The notes: a model not told the origin generated them from the letters alone. Shown: positions 1-7,157, counted from the first letter of the stretch. The stretch: DNA of 10,542 nt from Azolla caroliniana (GCA_043228905.1 JBHGNT010001265.1:1-10542), one strand, 5' to 3'. A program made the numbers and translations.

Positions 1-334
1 AAGAAGGAATCGCGCGTTGGGGAGGACGAAGTGCTGCTGCAGAACCGAGTGTCGAGCTCTCTCTCCTCCGATCGTCGTTCTCTACGGGTGTCGGGAGTTC
101 GCTGCCTCTGCTCCGTGGACAGCTCGTGTGCTTCACGCAAAGTCTCTCTCTCCCCTTTTTCCCTTTTGTTTCTTCGAGTCGTGTGGCTGTCGTCGGTGTG
201 CATGAGTAAGACCCCGTGTCGGGTCGATTACCGGGTTGCCGGTTGTAACTGTTTGAGTTGTAAGCTTTTGACTATAGTAATCGGATTCCTATTTCCTAGC
301 TCTTAATCTCTTCCCGTGTGCTTGCATCTCTCTC

Positions 335-370
<36 letters not shown>

Positions 371-439
371 GCTCTCAACTTGGTCCAAGACCCCCGTGGT
401 CCCGCCTCTTCCTACACGCGAACACGAAACTTCGTGACA
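1..439 (+). repeat. 3' part (R/U5) of the 5' LTR of element A
   Basis: Ends in CGTGACA, 4 nt before a PBS. Shares GTCCAAGACCCCCGTGGTC (383-401) with the U5 ends of LTRs B and C. Left boundary not seen. Confidence 0.75.
327..376. repeat. (CT)n microsatellite interrupted by G at 347 and 371
   Basis: Directly visible in the sequence. Confidence 0.95.
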
Positions 440-443
440 TCTT

Positions 444-461
444 TAGTGAACCCGACGTGAA
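444..461 (+). promoter_or_regulatory. Primer-binding site of A, complementary to the tRNA-Trp 3' end (TGG mutated to TAG)
   Basis: TAGTGAACCCGACGTGAA matches B's PBS TGGTGAACCCGACGTGAA at 17/18. It is the reverse complement of the plant cytosolic tRNA-Trp 3' end TTCACGTCGGGTTCACCA (tRNA sequence recalled, not searched). Confidence 0.85.
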
Positions 462-483
462 CAGGCGGCAAAGGAGTCGAAAG

Positions 484-645
484 ATGAGGGGATCGGAGCT
501 AGCGGAGGCAATGGCGGTAGCCGTTGACCGGCTAGTAATCGCTCGTGAGGGGATGGGTACCCTCGACAGAGCCGTTGAATCGATCGTCGACACTATAGGC
601 CGGTTCGGAGGGAAAGACGCCACAAGTTATTTGGAGGCTTACTAG
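484..645 (+). pseudogene. gag: N-terminal fragment of A gag (MRGSELAEAM...IGRFGGKDATSYLEAY)
   Basis: First ATG after the PBS. Homologous to B gag (AVERVVDRV-RFNGNEVLKFLGAYKAEM). Joins 4792 in frame once the insertion and one TSD copy are removed. Confidence 0.8.
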
Positions 646-832
646 TGTCGCGTTGTTACGCGCGTGCGTGTAGAAGGGGCGGGACCACGGGGATCTTGGA
701 CTAGGGAGTGGAGGAGGAAGAATAAGACCAAAAATGAAAGCTTAGCTCAAGAGGAGGTGAGAAAGAATAAGACAATAATGTAGAATAGACGGGCAAGATG
801 CTCAACAAGTTAGCTTAAGGAAACACAAACGT
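646..832 (-). repeat. Remnant (U5 end) of the 3' LTR of B
   Basis: About 97% identical to 4271-4457; the match stops abruptly where LTR C begins at 833. Confidence 0.9.
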
Positions 833-1090
833 TGTCGCGAAGATTCACGCGTGCGTGTGCTACTCGAGCGACCACCGGGGTCTTGGACTGGGGAGGATGT
901 TCACGGAATTATCGAAGAGATGACGATCAATGTAAGATTAGACGGAATTTGTTCACTTGAGAAGAAGAAAGCTTGTACACTTGAGAAGTAGAAAATAATG
1001 ACGAAGAAAAAGACAAATATAATTATATTGATGATAATGGTGTTGGTGATATCACATATTGAGCCCCCCTTACACAAGCCCAACTAGAGG

Positions 1091-1099
1091 CTTTTATAG
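1091..1099 (-). promoter_or_regulatory. Putative TATA box of LTR C (CTATAAAAG)
   Basis: Consensus plant TATA lying between the repeat-rich U3-like block and the pyrimidine-rich R/U5-like block. Confidence 0.5.
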
Positions 1100-1117
1100 G
1101 TCTTTCCATGCTCGTGA

Positions 1118-1221
1118 CATGCACAAAACCATGGGCTAAAACCATGGTTTTGTGCACACGGTTTTGCTTATGTCATGCACAAACCATGGGTTTAAAACCA
1201 TGGTTTTGTGCACATGGTTTT
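1118..1221. repeat. Two tandem ~56-bp units, each an inverted repeat built from AAAACCATGG
   Basis: TGCACAAAACCATGG (1120-1134) and CCATGGTTTTGTGCA (1142-1156) are perfect 15-bp arms. A second near-identical unit lies at 1174-1221. Confidence 0.9.
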
Positions 1222-1392
1222 CTATGGTTGTTTCGTCTATAATTTGTATATGAAAAGGAAATACATAAAATCTACACTATATGATAGTTGTCCTAGTGGT
1301 AAGGCAATTATCTTGTATCTTAGAGGTGCAAGGTTCAATCCTTGCTTGCACCCCTCTATATGAACTCAAGTGCCACTAGGCTAGGTTTATTT

Positions 1393-2147
1393 GCTTTGGT
1401 CCTTATGTGACCCCGTTATGTGCTCCTTGCTTCTCCCTCGCTCGCTGTGCTCTCTCGCCGTAGAGCGTACCGTCATCCCGACCACCATGTCAGTGTCCCT
1501 CGAGGCTCTCGTTACCGCCTCGCCTCGACTTGCGCCCTCTTGGCCCGCTTGGCCTTGTATGCCCTCCGGGAAGCCGCCGCATTTTCTCTTCCCGGTGTGT
1601 ACCCCGTTGTTCTCCACGCATCCCCTCCGTTTTCCCAGACACAATCCTTCGTTCATGCCGATCACGCCCGTCTTGTTCCGACGATCTTGGCGTCTCGTCG
1701 CACCGTCCGTCGTCCCGCGCTTGCCTCTCGAAGGCTTCCTCCGACCGTCATCGGCGGTCACTCGTTGCGGTTCCTCCGAATGCTCGCTCATTCTCTGGTC
1801 CTTAGGTGACCCCATTACGCGCACCTCAGTTCTCCCTTGCTGTCCGTGCTCTCTCGTAGTAGAGCGTATCGTCATCCCGACCTTCGTGTCGGGGTTCTTC
1901 GTGGTTCTCGTTACCGCTTCATCCCGACTCGCATCCTCTTGGCCCGCTTGGCCCCGCACGTCTTCCGGGACGCCGCTTTTTCTCTCCCTGGTGTGTAGTT
2001 CTTTGCTCTTCACGCACCATCCTCCGCCCTCGTCGTTCATCCGCCGATCCCGGCAACTCACCAGTCCGTCTCTTGCCTCGTGCTTGCCTCTCAAAGGCTC
2101 GACTGGTCCGCCGTTGTCGGTCACTCGTTGCTGCTCTTCCGGGTGCA
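1393..2147. repeat. Diverged tandem duplication, ~399-bp unit
   Basis: GGTCCTTATGTGACCCC (1398) vs GGTCCTTAGGTGACCCC (1797); CGGTCACTCGTTGC at 1755 and 2118. The peptide GQAGQE.ASR.EAVTR...VGMT.RST.REH occurs twice on -. Confidence 0.9.
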
Positions 2148-2965
2148 TGCTTGCTACTTGGCCCTTCGCCGGCCATAGTGCACGCTCCGTTCTACGTCAT
2201 AATGCATGCTTCGTGTTACACGCTTCTCCCGTCGTAGTCCCGACCTCTGCGTCCGTCTCTTCGTCCTTTGTTGCCGTAGCCCCTCTTGACTCCGGCTCAC
2301 CATCTAGGCTGTGCTCGTCCGTCTTCACGCATCGGGTACCCGCTCCGGTAGCCTCGTCCGTTCCGGTCTCCGAGTCCTCGCCGCCACCCGCCGTCTCTTC
2401 GGTCTTATGTTGATCTGCAACCGCCGAAGTCTCAAGAATAGGTGTGGAGGGTTCCTCTTGCTCTCGGTCTTCCGCCAAGCCATAATCACCGTGCCCGGTT
2501 AGCCTCCTTCTTGCGCTCACCGGTTCCCACAGGGCGTTGTGGCTCCTTCGCCTCAACCTCCAATCATGCCGACTTAGCCTCGACCGATAGTGATCCGGTT
2601 CGGGCTTCTCTCTTTCACAATTGTCACGGGCCGAACGATTCCGACCTTGCCGACTTTTCTTCGGTTTGGGCCCGGTTCGCCGACCCTCGCTGCATTCTTC
2701 TTTCGCGCCGTCTTCTGGTCGTGTCGGTTCCCAACTCTCCCCTTTCCACTCCCGACCTCTCCGTCGGTCCTCTCGTATAGGCCTGTTCCGGGCCTTGCAT
2801 CCTCATCTTCATACGTACTCGCTCCAGGCCACACCTCCTCATGGCCACCGCCCATCTCTCCGGTCTTATGTTGGCATTTGAGCGCAACCGTCGTAGTCTC
2901 CGGTCTCGGTGTCGAGAGGTCTTGCCTCTGTCCGGTATGACCTTCCTCGTCGTCAATTCGATCGT

Positions 2966-3495
2966 CCGCTTTGCCGCCGCCACCTTCCGTCTCTCCGGTC
3001 TCACGTGGGCTCTCGGGGCCGACCGCCGAAGTCTCTAGAATAGGTGTGGGAAAAGTCCCGGTACCATTACTCGTCGATGCCATGTTCGTAGCCACCTTCG
3101 TTCGGACGCCGTGGTCCGTGGCTATCTCTTCCTCGTTCTCTTCGTCACCATGGTAGCCCGCCTTGCCGCCACCACTGCCCGTCGCTCTAGGTCTCATGCC
3201 GGCACTCGGGCCGACCGCCGCAACCTCTAGGGCCGGTGTGTGTAAGGTCGCGGCACCGCCGCTCGTTATGTCCGTAGCCACCTCTATCCGGACGTCGTTG
3301 TCCGTGGCTACCCCGTCTCCAATCTCAGAAGCCTCGATTACGCTTGCCGCCTCCTCTTCCTTGATCTCCTTGCCGTCGTCTTGGTTGCCCGCCTTGCCGC
3401 AGCCACCGCCTGTCGCTCTAGGTCTCATGCCGGCACTCGGGCCAGCTGCCGGAGCCTCTAGGACCGGTGTGGGTAAGGACCCGGCACCGCCGCTT
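2966..3495. repeat. Tandem repeat of ~2.5 units (192 and 231 bp), with related partial copies at ~2381-2450 and ~2844-2915
   Basis: GTCGCTCTAGGTCTCATGCCGGCACTCGGGCC is present twice exactly. The peptide TPxLExxAxGP..G.GKA is repeated on -. Confidence 0.9.
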
Positions 3496-4248
3496 TTCTC
3501 CTCCCCACTCGATGTTTCGGGCCGCCATGTCTCGAATCCGTAGTTACCGGCCTCCATGGTCGTCCCTTCACCGCAAGGCAAGAGGGTCGCTTGCTCCGCA
3601 CCCTCTCCTATGTCGCCGTCGTACGCTCGTCTTCTACGTCTAGGGAGGCTTCTTCCTCCGCATCCTCCGATCGCCTCCGACCCGTCTCCATAACAAGCCC
3701 TTCTTCGGCTCCGATTTTCGCCTTCACAAGCTCGCATGCCTCCCGTATTAGCAACTCTAGGTCGAGCTCCTCCGAACTGTTTTGCGTTGAGCTCTCTTCC
3801 GGCAGTAGCGCGTACTCACTCACCGCTCTCTCTTCTCCGCCGCTCGCAGGCCACGTTGTTGCCGACCGCTCCCCATCAGGTTGCCGGCATACCCACTCCG
3901 GTTTCGCATTCCCGTACGCTTCCAATAGGATTCCCTCCAAGGACACCCACGACTCATGAGCTTCTCGTAGCTCCTTGACCTCCTTGTGCACCGATACGGC
4001 CGCCACTCGAGGAAAATACTCTAGCCGCATCGCCTCGTCCACGCCCCCTTTCGCCATCTCGGCCTTGTAGGCTCCCAAAAATTTTAGGACCTCATTCCCA
4101 TTGAACCGGCGACTCGATCGACCACCCTTTCGACGGCTTGTTGAGCCGCATCTCGCTTCGCCATATTCCGTCCGGTTTCCATCACGATCTTTGCCATCAT
4201 CTCCTCGAAGTCGAAGTCTTCTTCCATCTCCATGCTCCCTTGCCGCCC

Positions 4249-4266
4249 TTCACGTCGGGTTCACCA
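4249..4266 (-). promoter_or_regulatory. Primer-binding site of B (tRNA-Trp), 18 nt
   Basis: Minus strand reads LTR..CA-TCTT-TGGTGAACCCGACGTGAA. Plus strand TTCACGTCGGGTTCACCA equals the recalled plant tRNA-Trp 3' end including CCA. Confidence 0.9.
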
Positions 4267-4270
4267 AAGA

Positions 4271-4787
4271 TGTCGCGTTGTTACGCGCATCCGTGTAGAA
4301 GGGGCGGGACCACGGGGGTCTTGGACTAGGGAGTGGAGGAGGAAGAATAAGACCAAAAATGGAAGCTTAGCTCAAGAGGAGGTGAGAAAGAATAAGACAA
4401 TAACGTAGAATAGACGGGCAAGATGCTCAACAAGTTAGCTTAAGGAAACACAAACGCTTTACAATAGTGGCCACCATGGCCGCACCAAACGACTATATGA
4501 AAAACCCTAAAGGAAAACCCAAGAAGAAAACCCTAACCGAAACCCTAAAACCGAATAGGAAACCCTCAACCTAAGTGGTATGCCTCTCTCCCTCAAAATA
4601 GGCAACCCCTCATAAGTGACCCCACCCTTCCTTTTAAAGCCCAAGGAAGGGGGGACCTTACAATGTGGGATAAAATTCCCCTCTTCTTTCTACACACCCT
4701 TTCCTAGTATACACGTGCACATGTTGCACACCACCGATTTGCCCATTCCACCCCGGTTTCACACTATAGCTGGAAATCTTCACGACA
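4271..4787 (-). repeat. Complete 5' LTR of B (517 bp)
   Basis: TG..CA termini with a 6/7 inverted repeat, bounded by the PBS and TSD. TATA-like CTTTAAAAG on - at 4631-4639. Confidence 0.9.
4502..4548 (+). promoter_or_regulatory. Telo-box cluster (3x AAACCCTAA)
   Basis: Exact AAACCCTAA at 4502, 4528 and 4540, plus degenerate copies up to ~4575. Function is inferred. Confidence 0.55.
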
Positions 4788-4791
4788 CCGG

Positions 4792-6765
4792 GCCGAAATG
4801 ATCATGAGGGATATCCCGATGGACAGGCTGTTGTCCGGATTCCCTCGGGTGGTGACGCCGAGCATCCACGCAGAGGTGCTCGAGGTGCTGGTCGGATGGC
4901 AGACTTGGGAGGAGTTTGAGCTGCAGCTCCTCGAGAAGTACGGGTTTGACGACTCGATTCAGCTGTCGAGTCGGGACTTCATGGCATGGGTGGAATGCCC
5001 CGGAAAAGGGAGGAACACGTCGACACTCCTTCAGGAGTTCGAAAAACGGTTCGCGCGGCTGTCGATGGTGGACCGGACCGTGCTCAAAACGAGTCGAGTA
5101 CTATTGTTTGTCAAGTCGGTGGACACACTCGACAGGGAAAAGGTGGGTCCCCTATTGGAAACGAACGAATTGCTCACGGCAGACTGGGCCGTGGTAAGAC
5201 GGGTCTGTAGCCGTTTCGACAAACGGCGCGATTGGAGCTACGGAGGCTCGTCAGGGTCAGAGCCGGTCCCGGCAAGGAGGCTCGAGGATCCGGTATCGGT
5301 GCCGGCCGGTAGGAAGGAAGAGACCCGAATCTGGCTAGAGTCGGGGTCGTCATCGAATGATGTGGTCAGAGGCCCATCCGGAGGAGCGGCTCTGGAGGAG
5401 CTGACACAGATGGTGCGCGACGTGCAAATCGCACAGGCCCGGAGAGATAGCGGCGAACAACCTTGCGACCGGAGGCCGCCGGCAGGGCAGTGGTGCATGT
5501 GGTGTGACGCGATCGGTCACATTCGGAAGGATTGCACGGATTTCGCCGACGCACTCAGGGCCAACGTGGTGTACCTCTGGAACGGACGGGTGCATGCGAG
5601 CGAGACCCGGAGAGCCCTAAAACTGAATACAGGGCGCGACGGAATGAAGAGGTTGATGGAAGAGGCCGCGACACGGCATGTAGAAGCCGTTACCTACTCA
5701 GCGTCAGCGGGAATTTGGGTCGGGGGTGACGAGTCCCGAAAGGTGAAGGACTCCGGATTCTGGCCGCTAGTGCTAGAAGGCCTCTCCGGAGTTCGGCTGA
5801 AGAAGGAAGAGGCGGACCGCGTGGAACAGCGGGTCCGGGAGGTCACCGGATGGGACGATCCGATTGAAGAGAAAACGGGCTTCATAGAAGCCTCTTGCCA
5901 GAACAACGAGGTTCTGGTGGAAGACAAACGGGCAGGAAAGGCCGGGGGGGTGGGTTCCCCGCAGAGGTATGAGACCCGGTTCGGACCGAAACCGACTGGT
6001 GCAGGCAACCCAGGCGCGCCGGACGGAAAGAAGCAGGCGGGGTTTCGGTTGAGCAACGAAATCGAGAGAGCAACGGACCTACGGAAGGTCCTTGAAGAGC
6101 GGATCCTCGACAGTAAAGTGGAGCTGTCGTTGCGGGAGGTGCTGGGAATCGCCAAGAGGGAGTTCCACGACTCCATCATAGACTTGGTGAAGCGGAAGAG
6201 GCTCTCGACGGAGCCAGAACCAGAGAAGCCGGTGGAGGTGCGGACTATGCACTTAGAAGACACGGCCCTAGAAGACGAGTTGGCGGAAAGCCACTACACG
6301 AAGCCACATTGGGCCAGGGCAACTACGGAGACCCCTGTGCGGATCGGCGACGTTCCGGAACCGGTGGTGGCCTTGGTAGACCATGGGTCCGAAATCAACA
6401 TGATGTCCATGGATTTCTACAAGAGGGGTAAATGGCCGATCAACAACAAGCATGGGTGGAAGATACGCGCGGCGACGCGTGCTACGGAGGAGTTGCATGG
6501 TGTGTGCCCGAATATACGTGTAAAGGTCAGTGACGTCGAGATAGATCAACATTTCTTCGTGCAGGAAACATCCTCGCACCTGGTGATTTTTGGCGAACCA
6601 AACATTACGGCAGCACGCATAGAGACGAAGGTGCTAGACAACGGTTCGGCGTACGCGCGCGTCAAGAGCTAGGACGGTCGGCATTCCGTCCAATTCATGA
6701 CCATACGTCCGAACCATGAGAGGAATTGCGAGACCCTCGACGGTGACAACCGAGGGGATTTTTAG
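4792..6765 (+). pseudogene. gag: Remainder of the A gag-protease polyprotein (Gag, CCHC zinc knuckle, aspartic protease); internal TAG at 6670, probable natural stop at 6763-6765
   Basis: 624-aa ORF 4798-6672. CMWCDAIGHIRKDC = Cx2Cx4Hx4C (5494-5535). ALVDHGSEIN active-site-like motif (D at 6379) and downstream VIFGEP. The frame stays open for 30 more codons (DGRHSVQFMTIRPNHERN...GDF*) after 6672. Confidence 0.85.
6756..6765 (+). other. Candidate -1 ribosomal frameshift site G GAT TTT TAG
   Basis: In-frame heptamer directly before the stop. The -1 frame (FLERAIKAWGRGSPDIPEK...) is open to the copia insertion. Confidence 0.5.
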
Positions 6766-6868
6766 AGAGGGCTATCAAGGCATGGGGCCGCGGTAGTCCG
6801 GACATACCGGAAAAACCCCACACATGTACAGTAGGTAGGAAGTTTTTGTTTTCCGAAAACGGAGGTTT

Positions 6869-7150
6869 TGTTGAAAGCGATGTCGTCAGTGCGGAAGATC
6901 AAGAAGCACTCGATTCCTGTTCATTCCCTGCGTATGACAGAAGGTAGGTCGTTGCACAGAGAGAGAGAGAGAGAGAGACACAAAAGAGTCTTTCTATTGC
7001 ATAAACAAGAATACAACAACCAACCACACAAAGAGGTTACAAGGTCACTATATATAGTGACTGACTTAGGGCAACTACCCTTTATGCTAATTACAGAAAT
7101 GGCCAAAACGGGATAATGTGAATACGTCCATTATACACATGTATTCGACA
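6869..7150 (-). repeat. 3' LTR of copia D (~282 bp)
   Basis: On - it starts TGTCGAA directly after the PPT and ends TTCAACA (6/7 inverted repeat). It contains a TATA box and (CT)n. Left end could alternatively be 6881. Confidence 0.75.
6958..6978. repeat. (AG)10 microsatellite in the copia LTR
   Basis: Directly visible in the sequence. Confidence 0.95.
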
Positions 7151-7157
7151 CTCCCCC
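7151..7157 (-). promoter_or_regulatory. Polypurine tract (GGGGGAG) of copia D
   Basis: Minus strand ..TTACGGGGGAG|TGTCG, the typical copia PPT-LTR junction, ~190 nt after the pol stop. Confidence 0.85.

Larger units (their letters stand above)
833..1390 (-). mobile_element. Element C: truncated LTR of a third related family, inserted into B's 3' LTR
   Basis: Starts TGTCGCGAAGATT. Carries the shared U5 motif at 870-888, 37 nt from the end as in B. TATA-like CTATAAAAG on - at 1091-1099. Right boundary approximate; no TSD partner seen. Confidence 0.7.
1387..4233 (-). pseudogene. Decayed Gag-like ORF of B (~950 codons): Gag N-terminus plus a long E/T/G/R-rich repeat region
   Basis: ATG at 4233 (MEMEEDFDFEEMMAKIV). 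A 1-nt deletion near 4110 shifts into ORF 3608-4078 (AYKAEM..FPRVAAVSVHKEV..W..L...Y, homologous to A Gag). Further shifts near 3625 and between 2580 and 2800. A stop at 2197-2199 separates same-frame ORFs 2197-2556 and 1387-2148. Confidence 0.65.
646..4787 (-). mobile_element. Element B: nested LTR retroelement related to A, with no pol visible (non-autonomous or internally deleted)
   Basis: TG...CA ends (TGTCGCG / CACGACA). Direct repeats 646-831 and 4271-4456 differ at 5 of 186 positions by my count. Flanks CTAG (642-645) and CCGG (4788-4791) form a decayed 4-bp TSD. PBS at 4249-4266. Confidence 0.9.
1..6868 (+). mobile_element. Element A: Ty3/gypsy-like LTR retrotransposon (host), interrupted by elements B/C (646-4787) and by copia D after 6868; starts upstream of the window
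   Basis: LTR end ..TTCGTGACA(439), PBS 444-461, gag ATG 484, CCHC knuckle and aspartic protease in order. Gypsy assignment is inferred from the Gag/protease style and an apparently separate pol frame; RT/IN are not in the window. Confidence 0.8.

Noticed and set aside
381-400. TGGTCCAAG after CAACT as a possible PBS
   Set aside because: The same motif is internal to LTRs B and C, where it reads TAG/CAG. The true LTR end and PBS are at 439 and 444.
419-437. Partial complementarity of A's U5 (CGAACACGAAACTTC) to the tRNA-Trp T-arm region
   Set aside because: Short, gapped, based on a recalled tRNA sequence, and not kept in LTRs B or C.
316-483. N-terminal extension of ORF 316-645
   Set aside because: It runs through the (CT)n tract, LTR and PBS from a GTG; the plausible start is ATG 484.
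833-1119. TCGTGACA at 1112-1119 as the other end of LTR C (solo LTR)
   Set aside because: No TSD, B's LTR does not resume afterwards, and it would leave only ~20 nt upstream of the TATA.
1283-1358. Functional tRNA gene
   Set aside because: No convincing acceptor or anticodon stem, and the T-arm is non-canonical; only tRNA-like boxes remain.
1118-3495. CRISPR-like repeat-spacer array
   Set aside because: Repeats are long, diverged, irregular tandem duplications in a eukaryotic retroelement context with no cas genes.
1391-4329. Plus-strand Ser/Pro/Val-rich ORFs (e.g. 1391-2413, 2590-2940, 3163-3543, 3591-3959)
   Set aside because: Antisense shadows of a GC-rich minus-strand reading frame, with no recognisable motifs.
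4916-6579. Short alternate-frame and antisense ORFs over A gag-pro
   Set aside because: They overlap a well-supported ORF and have no independent evidence.
6868-7116. ORFs 6868-7116 (+) and 6921-7106 (-)
   Set aside because: They lie within the copia LTR and translate the AG microsatellite.
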